This document shows, in pieces, positions 33,680 to 45,037 of a DNA stretch of 64,000 nucleotides. Where the stretch lies: contig CAWGMQ010000010.1 of assembly GCA_963823665.1 (NCBI GenBank), positions 1 through 64,000 on the forward strand, written 5' to 3'. Both the position numbers and the translations under genes were made by a program. The notes beneath the pieces are model-generated. The model had not been told where the DNA came from. It worked only from the letters and a program-made list of their open reading frames with translations, and made no database searches. Position 1 is the first letter of the stretch, and each line of letters starts with the position of its first letter. The DNA is from an uncultured Planctomycetota bacterium. Lineage in GTDB: Bacteria > Planctomycetota > Planctomycetia > Isosphaerales > Isosphaeraceae.

Positions 33680-34084
33680 ATGGCGGCGACGACGCAGAAT
33701 CCCTTCACGTGGGGTACCGGCCGGCGCAAGACGGCGGTTGCCCGCGTGCGCATTCGCGAGGGCACCGGTCAGTTCCTGGTCAACGGCCAGGAATACAACG
33801 TTTATTTTCCGCTGGAAGTGCAGCAGATCGACGTCAAGTCGCCGCTGGCGCTGACGGAGATGGGTGGGCGAGTCGATGTGTTTGTCAACGTGCGAGGCAG
33901 CGGCAAGCTGAGCCAATCTGGCGCGGTCTTGCTGGGACTGGCCCGCGCGCTCAAAGACTACCGGCCGGACCTCGAGGTTGCGCTCCGCGATTCCGGGTTC
34001 CTGACTCGTGACGCTCGAATGGTCGAACGCAAGAAGTTTGGCCACAAGAAAGCCCGCAAGAGCTTCCAGTTCTCCAAGCGGTGA
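33680..34084 (+). CDS. rpsI: 30S ribosomal protein S9
   Basis: GTGRRKTAVARV and LTRDARMVERKK...QFSKR. Confidence 0.98.
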   Translation: MAATTQNPFTWGTGRRKTAVARVRIREGTGQFLVNGQEYNVYFPLEVQQIDVKSPLALTEMGGRVDVFVNVRGSGKLSQSGAVLLGLARALKDYRPDLEVALRDSGFLTRDARMVERKKFGHKKARKSFQFSKR

Positions 34085-34087
34085 GAT

Positions 34088-35137
34088 TCAAGCCTCAGCC
34101 GCGAAGTGCTGGCGGAACTGTTGCAGATTGTGTTGCTGGCCCATCAGGACGATGCGGTCACCCGGCGTGAAGACCTCGTCACCGGCTGGAGGAAATTCCA
34201 GCCGCCCGTCGGCGTGTTTGATCGCGATCACGACCGCTCCTGTGAGTCGTTTGATGTCTGCGTCGCGTAGACTCTTGCCGGACAAGGCGGAGTTGGGCGC
34301 GATCAAGAGCTCTTCCATCTCGATCCCCACGCTGGAACGATCGGTCACCAGCTCAGCGAGCTTCACTGCACCCGGGTTGGTGAGAAGTGAGACGATCCGA
34401 TGCGCGCCGATCGCGGCCGGCATCACGATGTGGTCTGCACCGGCCTGGCGGAGCTTGTTGGGTGTGCTGGCGTTCTCAGCCCGTGAAACGATCACCAGGT
34501 TGGGCCTCATCTGCCGCGCGGTCAACGTAATGAACACGTTCTCGGCGTCATTCGGCGTGACGGTCACCAGGATCCCGGCGCGCTGGATGCCCGCTTGCTC
34601 GAGCACGTGCTCTTCGGTGGCATCACCAGTGACAACCAGGAAGTCGCGTGCTTCGGCCGCCGCCACGCGGTCGTGCGCCTGATCAATGAGTACGAAATCT
34701 TTGTCGCGTGCTGCCAGCTCGTCGCAGATCAGCCCGCCAAGATGCCCGTAGCCCGCGACGATGATGTGGTCTTTGAGAGTGTGGATGTTTTTCATCATGC
34801 GATGACGACCAATGAAATCGATGATCTCGCTTTCGGTGAGGAATTGCACGAACGAGCCGAGCGTGAAGGCGACCGAGAGCATGCCCAGCCCGATCACCGA
34901 CATGGTGAAGACACGCGAGCTGGTAGAAAGCATGGGCTCAACTTCGTTGAAGCCCACGCCGGAGACGGTGATCACAACCTGGTAGAGGGCGTCGATGAAT
35001 GTCCAGCCCATGGTGAGATAGCCTGCGACGCCATACGCCACGACGACCTGGATCGCCGCCAATCCGTACGCGACCCTTCGGACCGCCTTTCGTTTGAAGA
35101 AAACCGCGATGATAGACTTGTGGTGTGAAGCCGTCAC
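34088..35137 (-). CDS. Potassium channel protein with RCK (TrkA-N/C) domains
   Basis: Pore ITVSGVGF; HIIVAGYGHLG; GDATEEHVLEQAGI; TrkA-C-like tail. Confidence 0.9.
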   Translation of the reverse strand: MTASHHKSIIAVFFKRKAVRRVAYGLAAIQVVVAYGVAGYLTMGWTFIDALYQVVITVSGVGFNEVEPMLSTSSRVFTMSVIGLGMLSVAFTLGSFVQFLTESEIIDFIGRHRMMKNIHTLKDHIIVAGYGHLGGLICDELAARDKDFVLIDQAHDRVAAAEARDFLVVTGDATEEHVLEQAGIQRAGILVTVTPNDAENVFITLTARQMRPNLVIVSRAENASTPNKLRQAGADHIVMPAAIGAHRIVSLLTNPGAVKLAELVTDRSSVGIEMEELLIAPNSALSGKSLRDADIKRLTGAVVIAIKHADGRLEFPPAGDEVFTPGDRIVLMGQQHNLQQFRQHFAAEA

Positions 35138-35193
35138 GGGATCAGATGGCCTTGAAATCTCCGAGGGCTGCTCGGCCTAGAGTGTGCTCGCGA

Positions 35194-35760
35194 TCATGGC
35201 CACTCCACACGGCGATAAGCGGCGCCGATGATGATCAAGCAGCCGATCACGGTGGAAAGCGCGAGGCTCAGAATCGAAAAACGGGCCGCGACGGCGGCGC
35301 GCGATGTTCGGGTGGTCGCGCGCCGCTTTGCCAGCCAAAGGCCGATGAGTCCGGGTGCGACGGGCAAGAGCGCGAGTTGCAGGATGTATCGAAGCACGAT
35401 CGGGCGCGTCAGCTCGTACAAGAGAGACTGCGTGCTGTTTCGATTCTCGGCGATGTTGAGTGCGACACCGTATGCGATCAGCATCGTGATGGCAATTCCG
35501 GGGACCGCTGATGCGAGTGCGAGCGTTGCGGCCAGGGCGTCTAGCAACAGGGCACGAACGGGCTGTCGAAATGGCCACGCGGCCAGGAGGGCCACGACGC
35601 CGCCGGAGGGGACGAGCGCTGGAATCGTCCACAAGCTCCAGCGAGCCGGCGGCAAGATGAAGCCGAAGAGGCCGAAGAGAATCACCGCCAAGAGCGGCAG
35701 CAGACCGACCTGAATTGCGAGGTTGATTTTCCAGTCAGCCTGTTCAGAACCAGTGGACAT
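35194..35760 (-). CDS. Hypothetical membrane protein
   Basis: About 5 TM segments, co-oriented in the operon. Confidence 0.6.
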   Translation of the reverse strand: MSTGSEQADWKINLAIQVGLLPLLAVILFGLFGFILPPARWSLWTIPALVPSGGVVALLAAWPFRQPVRALLLDALAATLALASAVPGIAITMLIAYGVALNIAENRNSTQSLLYELTRPIVLRYILQLALLPVAPGLIGLWLAKRRATTRTSRAAVAARFSILSLALSTVIGCLIIIGAAYRRVEWP

Positions 35761-35766
35761 GGCCGA

Positions 35767-36780
35767 TCAGCTCCTCCCACCCCGGAATCGCTGGTTGAAC
35801 GCCACGGCCACGAGTACGACCGTGCCCAGCACAAGGCCCTCGATCTGGGTGCTGTCGATACCTCGCGGAGTGAGGATGCCGGTGCCTTTCAAGACGATCT
35901 GGGTCAAGAGCAGGCCGAGCACCGTGCCCCGGATTGACCCGACTCCGCCGGCAAGACTGCAGCCGCCGACCACCGCGGCGGTGATGGCCGTCAGCTCATA
36001 TGCGTTGCCCATCCGGCTGTCGCCCTGGCCGCTGAAGCCGGTGAAAAGGACGCCGCCCAGGGCCGAAAGAGTTCCCGCCGTGGCGTAGGCAATGGCCTTC
36101 AAACGCCGGGTCCGCAGTCCGCAGAGGCGCGCGGCCGTCTCGTTGCCGCCCAGGGCAAAGAGGTGCCTTCCGAGCACTGTGCAGCCCATCACGATACTCA
36201 TGAAAATGGCCACGCAGGCGAAGATGGACAGCGACATCCACTGTTCTTTGCCCAGGGCCCGATAAGCGGGAAAGGGCACCGTGATCGTCTTGTTCTGGCA
36301 GAGCACGGTCGCCAGGCTGCGCAGGCCGGCCATCGTGGCCAGTGTCGCGATAAAGGGAGGAAGCCGCAGAAAGTTGATCATCAGCGCGTGACCCAACCCG
36401 ACGCTCGCTCCCATGAGCACGGTCAGGCCGATGGCCAGCGCGATGAGCGCGGTCGACGGTGGGGGCGAGGACGCAGTCCGCAACCACTCGGTCAAGAGCT
36501 TGGCGCTGACCACTGACGCAAGCGAGACGACTGCCCCGGTTGAGAGGTCGATTCCGCCGGCGATGATCACCACGGCCGCACCCACCGACAGAACGCCGAA
36601 GAGTGCGACCCGATGCAACAGCGTTTGAAGGCTGTAGCTCTGATAGAACGCGCCGTCCTTGTCCATCGCGTAAATCACCAGGAGCACCGCCAGGATGCCG
36701 GCGCAGAGCGCCCACTCCTGTGCCTTGAAGAGGCTGCGGAGGCGCGGCCAGATTCGGCTTGGTTCGTTGGCTGTGGACAT
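35767..36780 (-). CDS. Sugar ABC transporter permease (RbsC family)
   Basis: GGIDLS, PPFIATL, ALGGNETAARLCG and AAVVGGCSLAGG. Confidence 0.92.
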   Translation of the reverse strand: MSTANEPSRIWPRLRSLFKAQEWALCAGILAVLLVIYAMDKDGAFYQSYSLQTLLHRVALFGVLSVGAAVVIIAGGIDLSTGAVVSLASVVSAKLLTEWLRTASSPPPSTALIALAIGLTVLMGASVGLGHALMINFLRLPPFIATLATMAGLRSLATVLCQNKTITVPFPAYRALGKEQWMSLSIFACVAIFMSIVMGCTVLGRHLFALGGNETAARLCGLRTRRLKAIAYATAGTLSALGGVLFTGFSGQGDSRMGNAYELTAITAAVVGGCSLAGGVGSIRGTVLGLLLTQIVLKGTGILTPRGIDSTQIEGLVLGTVVLVAVAFNQRFRGGRS

Positions 36781-36843
36781 TCTTGGTCAGGTCAGCAGGG
36801 AGCGGGCTCGCACGAGTTCATTCCGGCGGGGCGGCTCTTACTT

Positions 36844-37996
36844 TCACGTGAGCTTCAGATGCGCTGCAATCAAGTTCCTCTGGATATCATTGGTCCCCGA
36901 GAAGATCACGCCGCCGGCGCTGTCGCGCAGGTCTCGTTCAACGGGGGCGCCTGCCTGGAACCCGGAGGCACCAAACAATCGCAGAGCATCGAGGCTGTTC
37001 TGGGCGAAGCACTCCGAAACGTGCAGCTTGGCCATCGACGACCAAGCCGCCGCGTCCTGGCCGTGCGAAGCCGCCCAGGCATAACGATAGACCATGAAGC
37101 GGCTGGTTTCCAGCCGCAGTTTCATCTCGACGACGCGATTCGAAACCGATTGGAATTTTGCGATCGGCTGGCCGAACTGCTTCCGCCGCTTCGCGTGAGC
37201 GATGCATGCTTCGAGCTGGCGGCGCATTGTGCCCAGTATACCTGCCAGAATTGCACCTCGCTCCCACTCGAGAGCTGCGTTGAAAACAGATGACCCGCGG
37301 CCCTCGCGGCCGAGAATCGCATCTTCAGGAACGACGCAATTCTCGAACACGAGTTCTCCCAAGGGCGCCGTGCCGCAGACCCAGAGTCGGGATCGCCCGG
37401 CCATCCTTGAATCCGGGAGTACCTCGCTCCACCAAGAACGCCGTGATACCCATCACTCCCTTGGGCGGATCAGTGCTCGCAAGGCAAACGAAGACGTCTG
37501 CACATTGCGCGCTCGTGATCCAGGACTTGCTGCCGTTCAACACCCACCCTTCGGAACTCCGGTCGGCCCGCGTTTGCATCGAGAAGATGTCTGATCCCGC
37601 CTCGGGCTCGCTCGCGGCGTTGGCGCCCAGCAGGCTGCCGTTGCAAAGGCCAGGCAGGAACCGCCGTTTCTGTGCCTCGCTTCCGAATGCGAGGATCGAC
37701 ATCGTCGTGGTCCATAGGGAGGCGCCCATCGCGAAGACGAGGCCGGTATCGCTACAGCCGTAGCCCAGACCTTCGAACGCTGCCGCGGTGGTCAGCAGAT
37801 CGGCTCCGCCGCCACCGAATTCCGTCGGCACGGGAAGGCCCTGCACGCCCAGTTTCGCGCATCGCAGGTATCCCTCGCGCCAGAATTCGCCATTGCGTTC
37901 GCGCTCGGCTGAATCGGGGTCGGACAACTCTTCTCGCGCGAACTTGATGGCCGCTTCATACCACTGCTGCTGCGACTCTGAAAATGCGAAATCCAT
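36844..37996 (-). CDS. Acyl-CoA dehydrogenase family (L-prolyl-PCP dehydrogenase-like), frameshift ~37380
   Basis: SEPEAGSD, LNGSKSWIT, RKQFGQPIAKFQ and IFSGTNDIQR. Confidence 0.85.
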
Positions 37997-38464
37997 GACC
38001 GGGGCGGTCTCTCTTTTTTTCAGCTCGGATGTCTTATTTGACTGTGGCCGAAGGCGCACACGCTCGCGGGACGATCATGTCGCAAGCGCGGCCAGTCTTC
38101 AAGCCCAGTCGATTCGTCCGCTGATTCGCGCCCGGATCATCAGCGATTGTTTGGAAAGAAAATCAACCTCGACTTGGCTCGGCCGGCGCATCCCTTATCA
38201 TTTTTCTTGCAAAAACGATGTCTTCGCGTGTTTCAGGAGATGGGATGAATGAAGTGTCTGATCGTATACTACGCCGCCGGGCAGTGGATTGGTGAGGAAG
38301 TGTCTTGGAAGCGGCGGGGAGCGGGACTTACCGCGAGACCTCGCGAATTGAGATCCCGCAAAGCAAGGCCGAGATCGAGGCGTTTGCGCGCGCGAACCGC
38401 TTCGTGGTCGAGTGGCGCGGGGTGATTCCGGCTGAGACAGCGCAGGCGAGCTGAGATGGCACGA

Positions 38465-38656
38465 GGAGACCTGCGGGCTGGCGGAGGGCGGGGTCTGGAG
38501 ACCCGCGCCCGACGCGTGTGGGGACCCGCGCCCGACGCGTGTGGGGGCCCGCGATGAACTCGTCAACTCTGGCAGAGCCAGTGCTACCCAATCGGCAACT
38601 TCGGCGGGCGGCACACGGAGTGTGCCTGCTACAGCGGAGCACTGGCCGAGCCAGGT
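38465..38656. repeat. Stack of REP-like elements
   Basis: 23-bp tandem 38500-38545; CTGGCAGAGCCAG hairpin at 38569; GGCACACGGAGTGTGCC+TGCTAC at 38609-38632. Confidence 0.7.
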
Positions 38657-38695
38657 CGGCCCAGCCACTCGAGTCGCGTGACCGTGCAATGCGGC

Positions 38696-39429
38696 TTAGC
38701 GGATGTTCGTTTTTTGCGCGACGGCCAGCACGGACGTGCCCAGTGGGATCGGCAGACAACCGAGCAGCCGCTCCTCCAGAACGCAGAGGCGCTCGAGCGC
38801 GCGATTGATCCGGGGACCGGGAATGCCGTGCTGTGCCACTTTCCGCGTTCGTCCGGTATTCCAGAGTCGAACCAGGAGCTTGGGAATGAACAGCGCGGGA
38901 ACAGGTAGCGCAGCTCGATCACGTCGACTCCGCAGGCGGCGAGGGAACGCTTCAGGCCGCGTGCCGTGTATCGGCGGCGATGATGGTTGAGGGTGTCGTG
39001 ACGGTCCCAGAGCAACTCAAACGCCGGGACGGTGATCACCATGAGCCCGCCGGGATTCAACATGCCGGCCATGCTGGCGAGGGCATGACGGTCGTCATCG
39101 ATGTGCTCGAGCACGTCGAGCGCCGTGATCACGTCGAAGCGCCAGCGAGGATCATCGTATAACGGCGCACCGAGGGGCTCGGTCGAGATATGCGCGCGAA
39201 CGGGCCTCGAGTCGTCCAGCAGGCGCGCGTCGACCTCGATCCCGCGCACGGTTCCGAATTCCGCGAGCGCCGCGAACGAGAGCGCATTGCCGCAACCGAC
39301 GTCCAGGATGGCCGCGCCGGGTTTGGGCCGCCGCCGCCTGAGCACGCCGATCAAGATGGCCTCGCGTGCTCGCCACCACCAGTGCGCCCGGTACAATTGC
39401 TCGTACTCTGCGCGATAGTTTTCCTCCAT
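38696..39429 (-). CDS. Class I SAM-dependent methyltransferase (frameshift ~38900)
   Basis: HWWWRAR, ILDVGCGNA, DVLEHIDDD, ITVPAF and HRRRY. Confidence 0.85.
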
Positions 39430-39473
39430 CGCCCGTCGCCTCTGGCCGCTCTGCGCTCGAGCCCGATTCCTCA

Positions 39474-40530
39474 TCACATCACGGCGTCGTCGTCATCCGA
39501 GAGCGGTGCTTCGTCCAGAAGATCGCCGCGCACGATCTCGCGCACCAGGGCCACCGGGCGGCCTCGACCCTCGTCGCAGGTGCGCACGACGTATTCACCG
39601 ACGATGCCCAGGCAGAGCATCTGGATCCCGGCGAATAACCAGATCGAGATGATCAAGCTGGCGAAGCCCCGGGGAAACTCCGTCGGTGCGATGAGGTACC
39701 AGACGAGATAGCTAATTGCGATCATGATCGCAAAGAATGATAGTATGAACCCAGCTATCTGGATGAACCGCACCGGGAGCTTCGTGAACGAGAACAATCC
39801 GTCGTAGGCCAGGGAGAGATTCTTGCGCAGGGTGTACTTGGGGCGGCCGGCGAAGCGGGCCGCGCGCTCGTATTCGACGCCGACCTGCTTGAAACCCACC
39901 CAGGCGCGCAGGCCGCGGAGGAAGCGGTTCCGCTCTGGAAGTGAAAGCATGGCCGTGACGACGCGGCGGCGCATGCAGCAGAAGTCACCCGAATCGAGCG
40001 GGACGTCGATCATCGAGACAAATCGGAGCAGGCGATAGAAAAGGAAGTAGGCCCATCGTTTCAGGACTCCTTCCTTCCGTTTGCGGCGCACACCGTAGGC
40101 AACGTCGTTTCCCGCTTCGAGCTGTGCGACCAGAGAGCCGATTGCTTCGGGTGGGTCTTGCAGATCGGCGTCGATGATCGCAACGACAGTGCCTCTGGCA
40201 TGCGAAAGGCCGATCGAGACGGCCGGCTGATGACCGAAGTTGCGGGTCAAGAAGACCCCGAGGAATCGCTCGTCGCGCTCCACGATCTCGGCTATCATGT
40301 TCTCGGAGCGGTCGCGACTGCCGTCGGATACCAGCAGAAACTCGAGTGCGCGGAAGCCGAGCCCCTCGAGTGCGCCGAGGCAGCCTGCGCTCGAGCTCGG
40401 GCAAGGTTGCCTCCTCGTCAAGGATCGGCACGATCACCGAGAGCATTGACTTGTCGAGCTTGGTGCCGGCCGGCGATCGATCGAGCCGGGTCGCACGGCG
40501 CGTGCGTGTGGTCGTTTCAGAGGCGATCAT
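39474..40530 (-). CDS. GT2 polyprenol-phosphate glycosyltransferase (GtrB/ArnC-like), frameshift ~40385
   Basis: LSVIVP, DGSRD, RNFGHQ, IDADLQDPP, SGDF and two C-terminal TMs. Confidence 0.9.
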
Positions 40531-40562
40531 CCGTGATGACCTCCTGACTTTCTGCGTTTGGG

Positions 40563-40943
40563 CTACGCTCCGAGCTGCTTGCGCCGCCAGACGATCTGGC
40601 AGCGATTGCCTGAAGGGTCCTTGAAGAACGCGGTTTTCAGGTCGTCGGTTTCCACCAGAGTTTCGTCTTCGAAGTCGACGCCGATGCGTGCGAGCTGGTC
40701 GCGCATCATCACAAAGTCGTCGACCCAGTATGCGAAATGGCAAATCCAGCGCTGGTTCGTGTTCGACTCGCCTTTCGGCCTTGCCAGGATCTCTACGGCC
40801 ACTCCGTGGTCGTCGGCGAGAAAGTACGCCGGCGGCGGCCCGGCGTTCTCGACGATCACACGCAGACCGAGCGCACCGACATAGAAGTCTTTGAGAGCAA
40901 TCGGGTCTTCGGCGTAGATTGCAAAGTGCTCGATCCGGCTCAT
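40563..40943 (-). CDS. VOC/glyoxalase family protein
   Basis: IEHFAI, HFAYWVDD and FFKDPSGNRCQI. Confidence 0.85.
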   Translation of the reverse strand: MSRIEHFAIYAEDPIALKDFYVGALGLRVIVENAGPPPAYFLADDHGVAVEILARPKGESNTNQRWICHFAYWVDDFVMMRDQLARIGVDFEDETLVETDDLKTAFFKDPSGNRCQIVWRRKQLGA

Positions 40944-40993
40944 CTTGAGATATCCAATATAATGGATGTTTTGATAGGTACCGAACGCCGTGC

Positions 40994-41476
40994 CTATTTC
41001 TTTTTCTTCGTGCTGGGTTTCGCGAGCCCCATTATGGCCTTCCACTCTTTCTCGGTCACCGGCTGAATCGACAGCCGGCTGCCCTTACGCAGGAGCTCCA
41101 TCCCTTTGAGGGCGGCGACTCCCTGCAAACCCGGAAGGCCTAGCGGCGGGTCGATCGCGCGGACGGCCTTGATCGAAACCTGGAACCACGTCGGTGAATC
41201 GCGCTTGCTCTTGGGGTCAAAATGCGAATCGTCGGGGTCGAACGCCGTGGGATCAGGGTGGGCAGTCTTGACGACTTCGGCGATGCCGGCGATGCAGGGC
41301 GGGTCGGCACTCGAGTGATAGAACAGCACTCCGTCGCCGAGGGTGACGTCGTCGCGCAGAAAGTTCCGCGCCTGGTAGTTCCTCACGCCGTCCCAGCCGG
41401 TGGTGCGATCGGGCTCGGACCAGAGGTCGGCGAAGGAGTAAGCGGTCGGGTCTGCTTTGAAGAGCCAGTATGCCAT
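40994..41476 (-). CDS. EVE domain protein
   Basis: YWLFK, WDGVRNYQARNFLR, FYHS and RLSIQPV. Confidence 0.92.
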   Translation of the reverse strand: MAYWLFKADPTAYSFADLWSEPDRTTGWDGVRNYQARNFLRDDVTLGDGVLFYHSSADPPCIAGIAEVVKTAHPDPTAFDPDDSHFDPKSKRDSPTWFQVSIKAVRAIDPPLGLPGLQGVAALKGMELLRKGSRLSIQPVTEKEWKAIMGLAKPSTKKKK

Positions 41477-41493
41477 GGACTGCAAGATCCGTC

Positions 41494-42050
41494 TTACAGA
41501 AGGTCGGCCACTGCGAACTTGAATCCGGGGAGTGCTGCGATTTCCACTTGGTCGCCGGGCGCAGGACCGCGATGTCGCGGTACTGGCCGTCGGGCGTGGG
41601 ATCGCGATGAACTTCGAGGCAGCGTTCGATCAGGTTGACGATCCAGTATTCACGCACTCCGGCTTCGGCATATAGCGGACCTTTGACCTCACGATCAATC
41701 TCCAGCGATGTGTCCGCGACTTCAACCAGCAGAAGGATGTCGACGGCCCGCGGCTTGCCGGATTCGTAGAAATCCTCGCGAGGAACCAGCAAGCTGATGC
41801 CGGGCTCGGGCTCGCTGTCGAGCAGGCGAATGGGATCTTGCACGCCGACCATGACGGCGTCGCCAAAGGTCCTGCCGAAGCGGCGGTTCAATTTCTTCAC
41901 GGACGCAGAATGCGAGTCACCGATCGGCATCTTGTCGATGATCTCCCCTCGGATAAGCTCGAGCCGATCCTCCTCACTGAGGATGCCGGTGTCGATCATC
42001 TGCTCGTACTGTTCGACACTCAAGCGATGGCGGACTAGCGTTTGAGGCAT
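41494..42050 (-). CDS. Uma2/DUF820 family endonuclease (frameshift ~41560)
   Basis: LELIRGEI, SEPEP, LLVEVADTSLEIDR.VK..LYA.AGVREYWIVN. Confidence 0.88.
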
Positions 42051-42334
42051 GGGATTGCCGCTCGTACGGTTGATGAGCACAGCTTATCTACAGTGGAACG
42101 CAGTGGATTCTACTCCAGATGTCGATTTTGAGGGAGGCCGGAAACGCGAGAATTCTTCGGGCTTGGAGGGGGTCTTCTGAGCGAAGTGGCGATCGAGTCC
42201 GAATTGCCCGAGTTTCGGATTTGGATTACACTTGAGGCAACCCCTGGAACGCCGGCATCGCCCGGATGTCGAGGTCGTGCGAGCCGAGAGTTTGGTCATC
42301 GTGAAAAAGCCGTACGCTTGGGAAAGGATCCTTG

Positions 42335-42574
42335 ATGCGTCCCGAAGATCTGTTGTTTTGGGTCCAAGCAATACCGTTCCGGCCGTTTCGGTTCGGCCTG
42401 AACAGCGGTCGAACTTACGACATCCGGCACCCTGAAATGCTCCTCGTTGGCCGGTCGAGTGTGAATATCTATTCCTATGCAGGCAAGCCCGAGGACCCGT
42501 ACGAGCGAGTGGAGATGGTTGGGCTCGTCTTGATCGAGCGCATCGAGCCGATCGAGAGTCCGATTCCGGCCTGA
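42335..42574 (+). CDS. Small conserved hypothetical protein
   Basis: PFRPFR...SGRTYDIRHPE motif; AAGGA RBS. Confidence 0.65.
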   Translation: MRPEDLLFWVQAIPFRPFRFGLNSGRTYDIRHPEMLLVGRSSVNIYSYAGKPEDPYERVEMVGLVLIERIEPIESPIPA

Positions 42575-42603
42575 ATCAAGGATAGGCAAGGAGGCAGCAT
42601 GCC

Positions 42604-44973
42604 ATGGATGGGCGCCGCGAGGTCTTCGCGTTTGGGCTGTGCCTGGCGGTATGCGTCTCGGCGTTTTTTTACGAAACGCTCTTTCTCGGCAAGGTGCTGA
42701 GCCCGGCGGATGTGCTCTTTGTTTCTGCGAGTTTTCGGGGCGAGTCGGTCGCGGAATACGAGCCGGCCAATCGGCTCTTGATGGACCCGGTGCTTCAATT
42801 CGAGCCGTGGCTGGAATTTAACCGGCGAATGATCCGGAGCGGGCGGCTGCCGCTGTGGAACGGCTCTGCGGGCTGCGGCGCACCTCATCTGGCCAATGGC
42901 CAGAGCGCGGTGTTCGACCCGTTCAATCTGCTGGCGTACTTCGGACCGTCGGCCGCAGGCGCGATCGCCTGGATGGCGGCGTGCCGGTTGTGGGTGGCGG
43001 GGCTGGGGATGTTCCTGCTCGCGCGTTCCTGGGGGCTCGGGGCGTGGGGGCGGTGGTTCGCCGGGCTGGTTTATCCCTTTTGCGGTTTCCTGGTGCTGTG
43101 GCTGCTCTACCCGGTGACGAATGTGGCGATCTGGCTGCCGTGGCTGCTGCTCGCAGACCGATCGGCTGTTCCGTAAGCCGACGGCGAGGGGAGCCGCGGT
43201 GCTGGCGATCGTGGTTGCGCTGGTCGTGCTGGGCGGCCACATCCAGACGAGCGCTCACGTGCTAGTGGCGGGTGGGCTCTACGCGCTCACGCGGATGGTG
43301 TGGCAACCCGCGACGGGCGTGCCGCGCCGGCGCCCTGCGGTCTGCTGGGCGCTCGGGGTGTGCCTGGGATGGCGCTCGCGAGCGTGCAGATTCTGCCGCT
43401 GGGCTCGTATCTGGCGAGGAGCCCCGTCTGGAGCGCGCGGCAGGGCGAAACGGCACCGTGGTGGAAGATCACTCGGCCGCGATTGCTGGAGATGGCGTGC
43501 ACCGCGATTCCTTATGCCTACGGCAGCCAGCGCCGGGGCCAGCCCAACATCGCCAAAGCGCTGGGCGTGAACAACCTCAATGAGTCTGCGGGCGGATTTG
43601 CGGGTCTGGCGACGCTGCTCTGGCTGGCGCCTCTGGCGGTCATCACGCGCGGGCGATCAGTGCATGTTCGGTATCTGATTGGCCTCTTTATCGCCGGCGC
43701 CATGGGCGCCTTCCGACTGCCGCCGGTGGATAACTTGCTGCGCGCCTTGCCCGTGCTGGACGTCACGGACAACCGGCGGCTCACGCTCTGGATTGCGTTC
43801 GCGCTGGCGCTGCTGGGTGGGATCGGCCTGGACCAGCTTGCATCCTCCGGTCGGCTGGCTCGCTCTTGGATCATGACCTGGCTGCTGGGTGCGGTCGGGC
43901 TGGCGGTCGCGGCCGGATCGATCGGATCGCTCGAGGGCCAGCTCCGCGAGCGGGCGCTGGCGCATTATCGCGACGCTGCGGCGGCGACCGCAGGTGCTGA
44001 CGGCCAGGTTTATCGAGAGCGGGCCATGCGCCAGGTGCGGCAGGTGCTGACGTTTCGTGCCGCGGTATTACGGGCTGGTCTCATGCGAGCTTGCCCTGCT
44101 TGGCGGCGCTTGCCTGGCGGCTCAGGCGCAGCGGGGCGAGCACACGGTGGATTCGCCCGGGCGTGTTCGGGCTCGTGCTGATCGACCTGGCGGGGCTCGG
44201 CTTTGGCGTGAACGGGGCGATCGCGGCCGAGGAGCAGCGATCGCACGAGCCGCCGGTGATCGCCCGGCTTCGTCAGCAGATGAAGCCCGGCGGCCGCGCG
44301 GTGGGGCTCGGCGAGGAGATACCCCCGAACGTGCTCATGCGATTCGGTCTACGCGACATTCGCAATTACGACTCGATCGAGCTGGAGCGAAGCCTGCGCT
44401 GGTTCACGCCGCTCTACGATCGAACCGGGCCGATCACCAGTCGAAGCGAGATCACGTGGGAGCGCGTTGTTGCCAATCTCGAACTCTTACGCGAGTCAGG
44501 GGTGGATGCGGTCGTGGCGGCCTCGCCGCCGCCGGAACACAGCTTCGCGCGGACCGAGCGGGTTGGAAGAGTGTGGGTCGCCTGGCTCGATGGCTTGCCG
44601 TGGGCGGAGGCCAAGTCGCCCCGAGCGGTTCTCGAGGTCGGGCGCGAAGACGGCGGCGCTCGAATTCGAGTTCACTCCGAGGGAGCCACGAGCCTCGACT
44701 GTGAGAGAGACGTTCGACCGCGGATGGACCGCGATGCTGGACGGCAAGAATGCCGATTTGCAGGCAGAATCCAGTGTTTTCATGCAGATCCAAATTCCCG
44801 CAGGCCAGCATGACTTGATTTTGCGGTACGATCCCGTGGAGGTTCGCGCGGGGCTTGCGCTTTCGGTTTTATCGTGTATTCTCGTGATTCTGGTGTTGAC
44901 AGGAATTCGATTGTTTTGGATTCCTGGAATAACGAAGAGAGAGGGCTTGGACGGAGCTGAGCCCGCTGGTTAG
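42604..44973 (+). CDS. YfhO-like multi-TM (GT-C-type) membrane protein, several frameshifts
   Basis: GRLPLWN...GAPHLANGQSAVFDP, GGHIQ, and C-terminal ETFDRGWTA.LDG...IPAGQH.LILRY.P. Confidence 0.8.
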
Positions 44974-45037
44974 AATCGTTTCTATAGCATCTTCCGGACT
45001 CGTTAACCGGCTCATCATACTGAGGGATGTATCGCTG

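Noticed and set aside
41253..42080. 275-aa ORF suggesting a Uma2-EVE fusion
   Set aside because: The extension is out of frame with EVE; Uma2 has a normal ending (...FAVADLL*) at 41494 after one indel.
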